A DNA stretch of 64,000 bases from Raillietiella orientalis (lineage: Eukaryota), in assembly GCA_036172245.1 (NCBI GenBank), contig JAYWIR010000039.1:124001-188000 (forward strand). Direction: 5' to 3'. The translations under genes and the position numbers were made by a program. The notes under the pieces were generated by a model. The model made no database searches, was not told the origin of the DNA, and worked only from the letters and a program-made list of their open reading frames with translations. Shown piece by piece: positions 41,320 through 56,300 of this stretch. Within the stretch, counting starts at the first letter, position 1. Every line of letters starts with the position of its first letter.

Positions 41320-44300
41320 AGGAAGTTTGACAAAGTGCTTTTGGAATGCAGACTACGAACAGTACGATCCCACATAATGAAACCGATAACTTCTTACCTG
41401 ACATCGGAACTCACTAACTGAGTTCTTCTCAGTATAGCACGCGCTTGGGAATCTGTCGTATTTTTCAGGCTTTCGTTGTTCACTGATAACATATAGTCAC
41501 CAACATGGAGCCTTCCATCTTTAAAAACCATTCCAGTCTTGCTAATAGAGGTAATCATTACTCCATTCACGCCTTCATTTACTACTTCAACATTTATTCC
41601 TAAATAGAGCACAGAGATTCGTTTTTCCACTTTGTGCAAAAAACTCAAATGCTGCTTACCTAACTGTGAATTTCCCTTCTTAATACAGATAGTTTTTTCG
41701 AACATCTTTGGAAAAACTGGGGTGTTAACGCAGTATTGCTTCCAATAAGGTTCTTCGAAAGTGATGGTATTTGGATAAGTCATCGTAGCTGTGTGGTGGT
41801 ATGCAGGTGAGGACGACGTTTTGAAATAACTGCTTTCGAGCAAACTTGACATTTCCGATATCTGGAGAGCAATCATTAAGACCATTTATCATACTATTAA
41901 GATTAATGCTTTTGACCAGAGCGAAACACAATACTGGACAACCTAAGAATATCCTTAGCTACATACGTATTATAGAGGAAACCCGAAAGCAAAAACCAAC
42001 GTATCTATGCCATCTATTAAGATGGTAGAATCAGTGCGTAAGAGAGAACAAATCAAGCAACACATCGAGGGACATAAAACACGAAAGATTGTTTGGTTAG
42101 AACGCTGTGATGTAAGTACAATTCGTTCTGGAGATCGCATGGCTCCTTGAACGAATTTTGCATTTAAAACGGTCACACCATCTCGTTACTAACATTAATC
42201 AGCAAATGAAGTCTCCACAGGCTTAATTGAGGTTTAGGAACTCCTTTTCAAAGAAAGAATTTTACCATTATGCCATCGTTCCATTCTGTTTTACTGATGA
42301 TGGAAACAACACAAATATCGACAAATTTATCTCGATTCAGAGAAAAGCCAATACAGATGTTGGCTTTTCGCTGAGCTTAGGTGAAGGAAAGGGAAAAAAA
42401 TACTTGTGGAAAAAATAAAATAAAATAACGTGCAAACTAAACATAATAAACTCCTCAGTGGAATGAATCGTTGCTAACGGGAACACAGCGGCTCTAAGAT
42501 TTTCACCGCCGTTTACGTTTACCGCGGTCCTTCGTTCGCAGAATCTTTTCTGTAGTCTGTCCTTCATTTATTAGTGACTTAACGTTTACTAGTTAGCAGA
42601 TCGGTATTCACAGATTATTGGCTTTTGATGTGACTACGAAAGTTTTCATCATTCCTCAATCGGTTCATCTCACACATACGACATTTAATAGGATACAATA
42701 AGACCAAAACAGGATACAAGACCTGAACTCCTATGGCGGTAAGTGAAAGCTGACTACTTCACCAAACTTACTCTTTTTTGAAGAGCTTAACCTTTTTTAA
42801 TAGCACCGCATCCCTATCAAATTTCGATATTCTTTACTCGAGAGTGCAATGTTAGCGTGTTTGTGCATTTCGGAAAGCTCGATTTGCATCTACATCAAGA
42901 TCATGATCCAAGAGTCACGTGCACCATCTCTTCCCATGATCAGTTTCGTATCAACTTCCCAGATGAAAACCACTCAGAAAATGGGATGTGGTCTGATAGC
43001 TTCCAATCACCACATTTTCCGAAATGAAATGCAGAAAGGAAAATGCCAACATTGCTGTGAAAAGAAATGGACCAAAATTTCAAGAGAGTCCACCGCGCTT
43101 GACTAATTCAGTTATATGAACAACACCGCATGCAGCTCCATCGTATGTGGTCAGCGAGGAAAGCAGTGAATTCATTCAACATTCAGCCAAGTGCAAGAAA
43201 ATTTTTTTTTTAGGAAAAGAAGCTACACTGACTTGAACATTTGTCTATCCTATCATGCATTCATTGACAAAGCAAAGTTGGATGCAATTCTCGTTCCCTC
43301 CCCAATTGATCACCAAGAACAACAGATCATCAGTAAAACACACAAGGAACACGGATACAATAAAGAAATTGTTTTTGGAAGCACAAAACCCGTTGCATTC
43401 GTTGAGCAATATAAAAAAAGTGCTTCCGCGTTCAACTGTTTATCTTTAAAACACACCATATTCCTCGTCAAATACAGAAAAAAGATGCTGATCACATGTT
43501 ATCTAGTGCTGTAATGCAAAACTAACTCTATTTCAGCTATGCTATCGGTACGAGTCGGTTATATTTAAGAACGGAGCGATGAATTTTGAGCAAAGTACCA
43601 GTTTGCTTTAGGAGATAATTTGAATAAAGCAATGCTCTCGAGACTTTGAAAATTCATGGACCGCTTATAGGCAACGCAAATGCGAAACCAGTCCTTAAAA
43701 CCCAAATGATTTCCTTTGGATACAGTCGAAAAACGGTTCTTTTGATTTTAGAAGACATTTAAACTACTCGTTCTTTACCTTGGTTTGATTGTGAGCAACC
43801 GTATCATAGGGAGCGATAGGTTTTGAAATGCCAAGTTTTACGATTCCTTTAGGGGCGCCTTTCAAGGCGTGAACTGCTTTTTCTAACGTTGCATTTTCTA
43901 AATTGATTTCGTTAACGAACATCAACCGATCGCCAGGAATGAGGCGACCATCGAGTTGAGCCACACCTCCTTGAACCAGACTTCTCACCACGATCACAGT
44001 TTCATTTCTTTTGAGAGGATCCTTTGGAGAAAAGGAGAGAGAGAGAAAAAAAAAGTGAGGTATAAAATAAGCTTTGTAAGAAAAAAAATATACACAACCT
44101 GATAATCGAGGATACTGAATCCCAAACCGCGGTCACCCTTTAAGAGTTCTATGACGTGAACGTCGGAACTCCATATGGCAAGGTTGTTCAGCAGTTCCAG
44201 AGATTTGCTCCGTGCACGGTTGGCAAGGCAATCGGAGAAATGAGAGCCAACGTTCAGCAGTGCACCGTCTGATTTTGCTTTGATTAACCGTTCGCCTATG

Positions 44301-47300
44301 CAGCGCGAAGAAGGATAGAAATTGAATTCCGGGAAAAAGTGATCGAAGCTCATCATTGCTGAATGCATATCTCTCGAATCCAACTGAGTTTGTAGCTTTC
44401 GTGCACACACGATCTGTACGTAAAGAGGAAGTTTTTTCAAGATGGACACGACTTCAATATGCCTCAGGCCGTATAAGCATATCCCGTTTACCTTTTTTGA
44501 AAAGGGGTGCATCATCCTGTACAGTCATTCTCCTGTACTTACTTCCAATAGTTCATCGCGACTTTTCAGTTCTCCATTTAGGTCGACTGGTCCATTAGAT
44601 GCCACAGACTGAATGTAATGGTGCGGTCGCACTTCTCGACCGTTTTCTATGTCGACCGTCCCTTCCATGCTTATACCGATTTCTCCATTCACGTTCTTTT
44701 TGATCTGGGTTATCTAGATTTCTGGTCACTATGGGGAGCTCAACCAGTTTACTAACCACGATCTCATAACCGGGGCCTAAAATGTTTTGCCATTTCTTTT
44801 TAATGGCTTCCAGATCCACAGAGCTCATTTCATTCCAGCATTCACTGCTTTCTTCATCTGAAACTGTCTCTTCGTCTTTCCGTAATTCTGAACCAGAACA
44901 CTGCAATGTGGAAGATACAGACTCCAGAACCTGGTTTGAGCTCATTAACTGCGTAAAAGGAAAGAGAGGAAGAAAATATGCGCTAACAATTTATCAATAC
45001 TAACCGATTCCTCCTGGAAAGGGGTGGTAGCTGGGGTGACAACATCGCTACTCAGAGCAGCTAACCTCAGCTGGTCATGCTTGGAGCCCCTCAAATAGCG
45101 AATTAATTTCAAATGCACGGTCTGAGATGTGTTGCGCAGAAGGTCTACAGCGGCTTGGTTACTATATCCCTCAACAGAGACTCCGTTCACCTAAGAGAAA
45201 AGTCCACTACCCCAGTTCCTTTCCGTATGTATTATCCGACATGCGGTCTGAGCAGCCAACACGTCTCAAACTAAAATTCATCCATCCTCAACTGCTGCTT
45301 ACTGGCGGTTCTCAATAACTTGCCATAAAACGCACACAGACTTTTCAATGTGCATTCGCCCGTGTGACTTCGCGTTGCTTTTAGATAAACTGAGGGAATG
45401 AAAACCAAACGCGTTCTTCGCCGAGCCGTAAGCCCAAAAGAGCGAAACTGAGTTCCGAGATTCCGTTCGGTTGTCAAGATACGGGAGAAGGCTCCTGACA
45501 ACTTGGTTTAGCTTGCTTTCCGGATACCGGTGAAGTTTACATGCACTCATGCCAGCAAACACGTATTTTGTCTGATGGAATTTAAAGATCATCCACCGTG
45601 GCCACAACTTATACATACGAGATGAAACATGCTTTGAAAATCACCAATGCACTTTCACTTATGTGACAAACTAATCATTAGCCCCACTGAAGTCAGTGGA
45701 TTTTATCTCTTCAATTTGAATTTGATTCCCATCGGGAAGAATCAACGTTAAAAGGAAAAAGCAGCAAAAATAAAAAATGCAATTCACGCATGCTTTTTTC
45801 CGAGATGAATAAATAAAAGTGTACATCTACAGTGCCAAAGCACAGTGCCTACAATTCGAACCGAGACCAGGCAGCAGCCCAATCTTTTTTCTTAAAGAAA
45901 AAAAGTAACAACCTCAATTATTCGGTCGTTAGGACGGATCTTTCCACATGAATCAGCTGCACTTCCAGGGCTCACGTTTTTTACAAAGATTCCCGACAGT
46001 TCACCTGAATTAAAAAAAAATAATTAAAACCCGAGAAAAATCCTGCATGCAAAAATTATGTTCACGCATATATGTAATGATACAAAAGAAAAAAAATGGA
46101 AATTCACTCTCGTTGCTGGCTTCTTCACAATTTACAGGGATGCACGCACCCTTGTGAATTCTGCAGCTCCTGAAATGCATGCCTCTGAAAAATGCATGGT
46201 GATACAAAGACAGTTGTGAATTGGAAGAAGAAGAAGAAGAAAAAAAAAACGTGCTCAGTGTTCAGGTTTCCGATTTTCGTGTGCCACGTCGAATCACGGA
46301 ACACGAAAATCTAAAACATCATCCATGCCGACTCATGGACTGAATGGACAACGAAATGGTGGTCAAAATAAGGAGCCAAGCAACCATCCCTGGATCAAAG
46401 TGGTTGCGAGAAAGCCTTGGCGTACGTCTGACATATGGCTGAGATGGAGAAGCCAATCTACTCGTGAAGCCAATTAAAATTACTGCCACTCTCTTTGGCA
46501 TCCGATTCCAGTCAACTGGCTCGCATCGTTTTACATCCTTGGATTTACATTGATTGCAGCTTTGCTGTTTACTGGAATGCACTCTTCAGGAGCATCTGCA
46601 GGTTTGTGCGTCGTTTCACGTTAAATTGTAAGATTCAACTGGAAACGACTAATTGTAAAGTTAAGAAAGATTGTAAGGCTCCAGTGAAGTTGCAGACAAG
46701 TCCTTCAAGTTCATCAGGAATCGAATTTCGAAATGCAGTGAGAAAAGGCAGCCAACACTATCAAAAATACTATACCATCGCAGGTTTCGTTCCCAAGTCC
46801 GTTCAAGTTCATGACAACGCGAAGCACTGACGTGAATGACTTGAAGGAGAGATCTAGGACAAACGAATGAAGATGCACGAAAAACAGCGCGTGGAGCATT
46901 CGATGTGTGAAAGGAAAACGAAAACAAATCGCTGCATGTGCAAACATAAAAAAACTTCAAACTGGGATGATGTGATTGCTTATTTAATGCAAAGAGATGT
47001 AACTCCTTGGAACTGAATATAAAACACAATGCAAAAAGCCGCGATCCGCCAAGGACATCGGGAGAAGGCCGCGAATTGATGAAACTCGGGATGGATCAAG
47101 TGCGTTGCTGTTTCATAAGTACAAAATAAATTAGCGAAATGGATCCACAGACCACCGAGGACGTTGAAATGAATCTCAGGTTTTGGAGCATTTCGAATCT
47201 ACAAGTACTAAAGGATTTCATTTTGTGTAAAGTGAGCTGAATCTTGTCGCCGCTTCGAATGCTCTGCTGGTGGTTCGCGAGTGGTTCACCTGAGTTTCGA

Positions 47301-50300
47301 CATGAAAAAGAGCACTTAGGAAGACACGTACGGCCATTAAGGGCCTCCGGAAATACAATCTCCACAACGCACATGATTAATAATTAAATGCTAACTTTCC
47401 AAGTGAGACCCACGAGCACGTTGTCAAGTTTTCGAAAGCTCTAGAGCGGGTGACCAACACATTCTCTGTAGAGCCATTATTTGCGCAGAGGAGAAGATGG
47501 CACCCTCACTTGAGGAGGGGGCGAGTGGTGCGTGTAGTGTCGCAAAACGGGTGAGGGTGGACCCCTATTAAGTCTCTTGCGAGCTGTGAACGGTGAGTTG
47601 CATGTCTATGAAGTGTCTGAATAATCCGATTTTTTCTGGATTTTCCGAAGAACCGCCTGTACTTCTGAAAAAGCAAGAAAACAAAAACAAAAAGCCTGAA
47701 ACCTACAAAGGAGAAAGGAATGTATCATTACGGGAAAGGCTGCATTGGGGCAAGCCAAAGTCAGCTGCGAATACAACATGAACATTGCTTACAACCATAT
47801 AGGGTGAACAGAAATGGCTAAGATTGATGACCTACCTTTATCGGATATATATCCAGCAATAGTAATTCCTAAGCCTTGGGATTTTTTCACGATCTCTACA
47901 TCGAAAGTTTCGGTTTCGGATGTCTCATCATCAACTGATTCGAAACAATCGAAAGCAGAAGAAATATGTGCATCAGTTTCTGGGATACTGTCATGACTAA
48001 GGGCACTCTTATCACATGACTGAATCGGCTGATCCTGAAGGAAGAGAGAACATCGGTTAAACTCGATCAGAAGTGTTGCCGTCATAAAACTGAGAAAAAG
48101 TAACAAATCATAGGAACCACATGCATCAAAAGAATCACAGAATGCTGTTAACACCTAAAAACAGAAAATGCAAAAAAAAAAAAAAAAAAACGAGCAAAAA
48201 CACTAAGAATGGGGCTTTTAAATCATTAATTAGGATCCCAACGATGATGGTATTAATTTACTCTTTTAAGCCGACACTTAAGTTGCAATTTCGAAAAATT
48301 CGAATACGATTAATTTTACAAACATGGAACCAAAAAAACAAAAAAAAAGTCACCAGCGACCGGGATGAAGTTGGAGAGAAAGAAACATCACTGTACATGA
48401 GATTAAGGGTGCAATTTACTGCAAAAAAAAATAAAAAACAAAATTTCGTAATATCTATCTAGTCTCTCAAAATCATCGCACCGTCTAATGTAAACATCAT
48501 CAGCTTTCCTGAGCAACATAACCATTGTACTGGTTGAATACGATCTAATTCTCGAGGATTTAAGTAATGCGTACAAAGAACATTCATGACGCTGAACTGA
48601 GGACACGGAAGCAAGCAAGAACAGGTACTACGAAAGCAATTGTACAAAACTCACCAACACCATGATTGGTCACAAAAAACATGACCGTGCACGCGGGTTT
48701 TCGTATGAATAAGACACAGCCAATGAGCTCCTTGTTTAAAACTATGCCTTCTAACGACAAAATATCGCAATAATTCCTGCAATGATTGCAAAACATGCAC
48801 TGGGGCACTTCAGCACAAGAAATCTGTAAAGATTGCCATCGCGGCGCAAACAACAGCACAAGACACGTGCTGGGCTTCTAAATGCTTCAAGAATACTTCA
48901 AGAACGCTGCCCCTTCTAAGAAGACTTGTTACATCAGAGATACACGGAAAGATTACTACTACCAGACATAGCAGGAAGTAAAATCGGATTTCGTGCTTTT
49001 CCTCAAAGCAGTATGTAACATCTCGTTCTTTCGATTCGCGAAAGTCTCGTGAAGCAACAGGAATCCTGCACTGCTCCGTCGCTTACTTCCGGGACGTCAA
49101 ACTGTGATCCGAGTCACAAGTAGGATACGAAGCTTTGAAAAGAGAGGATGCAAGCAACCACTGATCTGCACTGCATCCTTCCCAAAACATGAAACACGTT
49201 TTACTTAAGCTGCCACAATAAATCCAAATATACGACAGGTAACTACAAGGAGAACGATTTCCACAAGACGTGGTATGTGTAAGGCTGATGAAGCTCAAGA
49301 GTGAAGCTGTCTACCCATTCAGGAATTCTAAGGATGCAAATTCATTACATTTTCACTCTGCACATGACTGGTGAGATGACGATAATCACGTTTGCAACGA
49401 AGCAACGGAACGGCACTGAGAACAAAAAATGAAAGTGTTTCCTTGTTTTGGTGAAAGGTGGTTTCAACCTCCATCAAAAGTACGTGCATGGGAAAATTAC
49501 TGACTTTAAGTGACACGTAATTGCAAGAAGAAAAACGCACACACACACACACACACGTGACGTGTGGATAGCGAAACCCTTTTACCAATCCATACTTTAA
49601 GCTTTACTCATTAAGTGAATTTCTACAGTTTACATTTCGAATTGTGGAGAACATTTGTCCATCGAAGTTGGGATCATACCAAATGCACCGGCACACTTGA
49701 GCAAGCGTTAAGGGGAAACAGGTCGACCACAGGGAAAAAGACAAAACCCAGAACTGGGGTTCCTGTTCGGCAGTTGCGACTCTTCGAGAAGAACCCCAAA
49801 CTTACGGAGTCTCTCTCTGTGTGTGCTCTCTGTCCATTCAAAACGAATGAAACCTAAACCTCGACCTGATTCTCTTTATGAATGCGGCAACACGGTGTTA
49901 TGTTTGATTACACCAAAAAGCATGTGCAGCCAACAGAACAGAAATGATCGGAAAACAACAAAAACGAAAAAAACAAAAAAAAAAAATAAAAAAAAAATAC
50001 CTGTAGGACATTAACTTGATTCATCAACTTTCCCGTTATAATCATAAGCAAGGATTAAAACTCCTTCGGAAACACTTCTATCAAATGAGTTCAGAAAATT
50101 AACATGTATCCCTTGCCAATATATTTCCCAAAGCCAATCATTTTGACAACTACAAATCATATGTTAGATTTTATTTGAACAAATCAATTGCAATTTATAT
50201 AAGCCAAACATGTGCATGCGTACGCAAGCAAGAGAATCATGATACTGCACAATAGTTGGAGAATAAACTCGATATGTCATGGACATCCGCAATTCGTGGA

Positions 50301-53300
50301 AAGCAATGAAATGCATAAAGTAGGTTCCTCTTGTGTCCTACTGTTCTCTTGGCTACTCTCTTGTTTAGAGCTAAAATGAAGTTCGAGTTAGTTTAACATC
50401 CTTTGCCATCCTTTACATTTTGTTCATGCATCTTTACAGATCAATGCATCAAGCATCATTTATATGAAAAGTCTTTGAATAAGGGTGCACACGAACAATT
50501 TTTCTATTCGAGGAACTATAAATGTATAAATTACTGATAAGAACTGCAAACAAGGTAACTAACAAAGGCGGGCTTAGGTGGTTTTATGATAAAGCTACTA
50601 ACCATCAAAAAATAGAGCAAACGAAAAACAAAACGCTTTCAAATATTGGACATGGTGATAAAGATTCAAGTACAAAAAAAAAAAAACTTCTAATTAAGCG
50701 GATTTCCTGAAAGCTTGACAGTTTGCTACAGGAATAGCAGGCAGAATCAGGATGATGGGGGGGGATGCATGTGGACTGGAAAGTGCAGATCACACGGTTA
50801 CGGCACGGAATGCAAACAGATTCACTAGTCGCAGTTTATACTTCAGAAAACGGTCATCATGAAGCAACCCTGGCGATGACCCTTAGCAAAATAGCATTTT
50901 ACTTACACAATGTTATTTAATGTCTTTTTTTTTTTTTTTCCAAGTAAAAGAACCATCAGCAAAACACGCCTATTTTTAGCAGCGCATTTCAAAATACGAA
51001 ACCGCCATTCCTAAATGGTAAGTTCGACATGAATACACTTTATTTCTCCACGGCTTAATTTGCTGCAGTTTGTGATTGAAGTCCTTTGGCTTGTTGTTCG
51101 TAAGAAGTTGTCCTTTCCTGCGCGTGTTGCTGCCGCCCGTTCCTTACATATCTTTTGCAAAATTGCGTCTTCCCTCATGAGTAATCTTCTACTGAGCCTC
51201 AACGATCCGAGTGGCATTTCTCGTTCATCGTCTGTGGAAGTTTTGAAACTTTAAGCAAACGCCGTAAGAACTCTAATTAGATCCCCCTAATTGCAAGACT
51301 CGGGATTAGTCTTCTGCTCGCAGACGATCGCGATTTCACAGGGGACAGGTTACTGGGAGACCAGTTTCGAAAGATAAAGCAAATCCTTGCCATAAGTTCA
51401 TGAACTAGGGGTTTTCACCCCGGCGCGTGAATTTCTGCCAATACACACATCCAAAAAGTCGAATGCATAAACTGGAGCTACCTGGGGTATTAACGAGAAC
51501 GATGGCTATTCAATCGCGACTGCCCTTCCTGCTTTTCCAGGAATTGTCTTCCTTAAAATTTCATCGTCCAAATAAATCAACGAATACCAAATGCACAGGA
51601 TTTTCTGGTAATAATTACCCACGTCCCTAATGCATATTCTGTATAGTCGCCCCTCCATGAGAGTCTGCCATTTGAAACAACGATGGCCAACAGATACGCT
51701 CCATAAAAACCGTGGGGCTCTTCAGTAACGTAAAGTTCGCATGTTAAACGCAACGTTCTACAGAATCGATCTTGCCTAAGACATCGTAATGTACACAATC
51801 ACGCCACAACATTGTACTTCCTTTCCTACGATCATTAACCAACATTGTATGGTGACTTCGTTTTTGTTGAAGAATCAGTACCCAAGACTCGTACTTTCTT
51901 TCTTTCTTTTTTGGAATAAAAAAATGAAAACGAGAATTTTTATACACGGTTTCTCCAATGAAAGGACTTTCTTCGAAATTGCTCAACGTCAACACAGTAA
52001 TGATGACAGTGTGTGATGATTTTTCGTGGGTAGGCAAAATTCTCTTTTTCGACAGCTGACTACCTTCAATAGATAATTTTCTGAATTTGTTTTCGTGTTC
52101 CTGCCTCGCCTTTCGATTATTCCGGATTATGATTTTATTAGTAGCTTTCGGCAGTTTTTCTTTTGCCATTTCCAATAATATTACGATATTAGAGCTCTGA
52201 GATTCGCTTTGGTACATGAAAATCACGAAACACGTGGCAACCCACTTCTGGTTATAAACGAAGTCATTTTATTCAAGTGTATAGGTTTTCTTTTTCTTTT
52301 TTTTTTTTTAAATCATGCAATCAAAAAAAAAAAAAAAAAACGAAAATACATGCAAGCGAATGTTGGTACCAGACTGTTGTCACGATCGTGGAGATGGGGG
52401 AAGCTGGACTTTTTTCTTCTCAGAGAAAGATCGATTCTTGAATTTTGGAGTTGAAACAAAAATAAACCAACTTGAGAAACGTAAGTAGCACTTGATCTTG
52501 AGATATCTTTCAATCGCAGAATGTACCAACCACTCTTCGAAAAGGACATCGAAAATCGAGTTTTTCCTATATATCCCTGATGGAAAAGCATGAGGAAGGT
52601 CGTTCTTTGTTAGTTACTCAGCACTCCATGTACAATGCACCTATACTATCGATTTACGTCAATGAATCTGATACAAGGTCAACTTTGGAAATCGCTTCCT
52701 CTCAAGTGGACACGGAAAGACGAGTCAACTCTGGATCTGGGCTGATCCACTAATGTGTCCACTAACATGGCGAACGATATGAGAGCGTAGGCTCCTCAGC
52801 TCCTTGAAACGAAAAATCACAAAGAGGTCATCATTTTGTTCCTGGCGTCGCAACTATGCACCCTGCCTCGGTAAAGTGGACTTCACTCGGTTCTACCGCC
52901 GCTTGGAAGCTATCTGTAAACTGCCAGTGCTGAAAATGCACTGCCACGTGTTATTCACAAGAAAGAAATCAAACACTTATGAGAAACACATTACACCTAT
53001 GTATTAAGCCAAGGGTGAGAAACGCCTGGTCTGAATTGGTACTGAAAGACTTCCATTCCTCTTGCAAAGAAGTTCGTCCAACTCTTACCTATTGCCTTTC
53101 ATCAAAGTAAGTCTTATTTTCCGTACTCTTGTGCCCAGATAATTGCAATGCCCATCCGTATCAGACACTGTGGCACTGTGGGTCGCGTTTCGTTAACGCG
53201 TAGTTTTTCAACGCGGAGATGTTTCGTATCATTTCATGTAACAAGAATTGCTTATGTATTTACCAGTACTTCATTTTACCAGATACTCTGATGTTCCACG

Positions 53301-56300
53301 GTATAGTTTTCTGAACGCAGTTTGGGTTCTTTGACAGACATATTTTTTTATTGGGGGAAACATGGATTCCTTAACCTAACTACAAGGCACAGCATATTTC
53401 ACCAGGATCTTTGATGTAGCATGATTACCACGGAACGGCAAGCCACATGCTAATATGCCTTCAGGCAACAACCATAGAGTGCAACCTGACGAAACTTGTA
53501 ATTATCACTTCCCCATTGCATTTCCCCGACAACTGAATATCAGAGGACCTTAAATTCATATTTTTATTGTATCAAAGATACTCTTGGAGTACGACGGCAG
53601 TTTGTTACTCATTTTTAGTACCGATTCTTAACGATCTCGCCAGTAGACAACTGGTCAAGTGCCAACCTTTTCACCAAATCAGTTCACTCCACTCGAAAAA
53701 TACTACAAAACGACAATCAATTAGGTGTTTTCTGAACATTTTTTTTTCCCGCATCCAGAATTCTCCTGGAAAGTTTGCTAACAGAAGTTTTTGGTTTTCC
53801 CGTTAAAGACCAAAAGAAACATATTCACCACCCGGTGAGTGCACTCATTCATCCGCATCATCGGGGATTTCGAAGACCGGATTGGGGACCAAAATCAATT
53901 TAAGGTCCTATATATACCAAGCCCAATAGTGGCTGATGGATTATCGGGATTCTTCGGGAAGATTGGGTCCAACTTACACTTAATATATAAGTCTCTGCGA
54001 GCATCTGGTGTGTTGGCTGTACATGGATAAAGGCTGATCTACGCGGAACTGAAGCAGGTCTGGACGAGTGGGATCTACCAGCAGGAATCAGTCCTAGAGA
54101 ACTCATCCCATCTGGTGAGGATATTATGAAAGCGGGCTCTGGCCCTACTGTATTAGGACCTCGACGTCGAAATCCTACTAGCAAATAAGATTCGCGAGAG
54201 AGCAGTGGGAGATAAGAGGAGGGGGAAGTGGATACAGAGAAACAACACTCGAAAGCGAATCTTCGACAGTGGAGCTTTGCCAAAGGGCTAATAGTTGAGC
54301 AGCTCTTAAGCTCACATGGTGCAAATAGATGATGCTTTTCCAACGACCAACAAAATGCTTTGTCTAAATGCAGGGTTGGTTGAAAAGATCGACAGGATTA
54401 CTGACATTTCTGCGCATGTGATGAAAGTGAGCAAAGTAACGTGCGAGACCATAAATGGCCCAAGCATTCAAGCAGAGGATGCGATAAAGCGTGAAGGCTC
54501 GGGAGTCACGAGTGACTCCACTGTCCCGATACGTCCAAGCGCCAATGAGTGAGGCATGTTGGCGCCAATTAGAGACGCGTGTAGCAATTCTAGCAGGCTC
54601 AATGTGCTACGGGGTGAGGAAGGAGTCAGTAGCAGGTTGCCACATCTGATGCTGCGATGATTTCGACAACTATAGCCGAGTACCGCCTGATTGGATCAAA
54701 ACCAAGAATAAGTACTCTGAATACAGCGACGTAGAGAGGTTAAATACGCCAGAAATTTATAAGGCCTATGCAAACAACGAATGTCTACGGCTCCCGCACA
54801 TCCAGAGGAGTCTAAGCAAAAAGGACCGTACACTGATCAGCGTGGAAAGACACCCCCCCCCTCCCCAGGGAGAGATTAAAAAAAAAAACAAAAAAAAAGG
54901 GTCCATAGAATGTCTGTTTTAAATCAGGAAACATCTACGACTAAATTTGGATGCGTGCTGATATGTCAAAACATTTCTTAAACGCAATTCATCGCAATCT
55001 TCACATAATATTGTTGATGGGTAATAAATAATACTTATCACCTTTCGTACTCCAATGCTACAGCTCTTTTCTGCTGTCTGTTGCACTGGAATGGAATGAT
55101 AAAGATTCAAGCTTTGAACTGAAACGGGCTCAAAGATCTACAGCAAGCCTTCTCGCACGCATCGCATATCAGGTTCTGTACTCATGCAAGGGTTCAATTT
55201 ATTACAGTTTCTGACGAGCTTTAGCCGACTACTCTTGAACCTTTGCACTACAGGGAGTGCCGAAATACCATTGCATCTGAACACAAAACAACCGTTCTGC
55301 TTGTATCCAGGAATCTTGAGCATGCATGAAAGTTGACTGTCCCACCGCAATCAACTTACTGTCAATTACGAGTGTGCACCGATCCCAAAGTTTACTTGGA
55401 AAGTAGAAATATGGATGAAAAACGAAGCAAAACAAAGGAGAGAGAGTAATGCAATTACACCGCACAAGGTTACGAGTTCTACTGATATTGTTCTCCTGAG
55501 CACAGCTGAGATACCTTTGTAAGATAAACACTGAAACTGCGATACGGTACACTCTTTGCTCACTCACAACTAATTGAGGAGCTAAGGCATCCTGCATGTG
55601 TAACTTTGGATAGTAACTGTTAACCTAACAGAGAAATAGTAATGAACTCGAGTTAAACAACAAAACCTAATGATGAAGATTCATTAATATAATAATGATA
55701 ATGTTACTATCACCTGTGATAGCATCATCGATATGAAAACGGGTTTACTTCCGATGTCCGTGGGGCTTCAACGCCCTTTTAACCGAAACGACAGTCATCA
55801 CACTTCTCAGTAGGTTAGGATAAAAACCAAGATGTAACCGTACTGGATGGCCTCAAAATAACACGAAACTTTCGCCTTGTATAATGACGAAACAGTATAG
55901 TGATTACAAAATGATCATAATGATCCTTAACCGTTCGTGCCAGAACAGAAGTTCTACTATGAAGAGTACCGTCTTTCAATTCCGTTATGTTATCGCATCG
56001 CTGCACACGAACTTTTTCTTAGCAGCTCGATAAATGGTTTCACATCTAAAAATTGTTTTCATGGGACACGAACAACCCACACGAAACCAACAAATGAGGC
56101 TCACTCTGGAAGCTGAACAAAAAATCCATGTACACCGTGATTTAATCCGTACTTGTGAGCAGAGAGAGATGCTCAGGAAAAATCATCACAGTGTACAAGT
56201 ATAGTCTGCAGGGTTTCCTAGTATTTTTTTTTAGAAAGCTTCGGAACGTAACTTTTATAAACAGAATTCCTGAAAAAGCATTGAATACAACAACAGGTAC

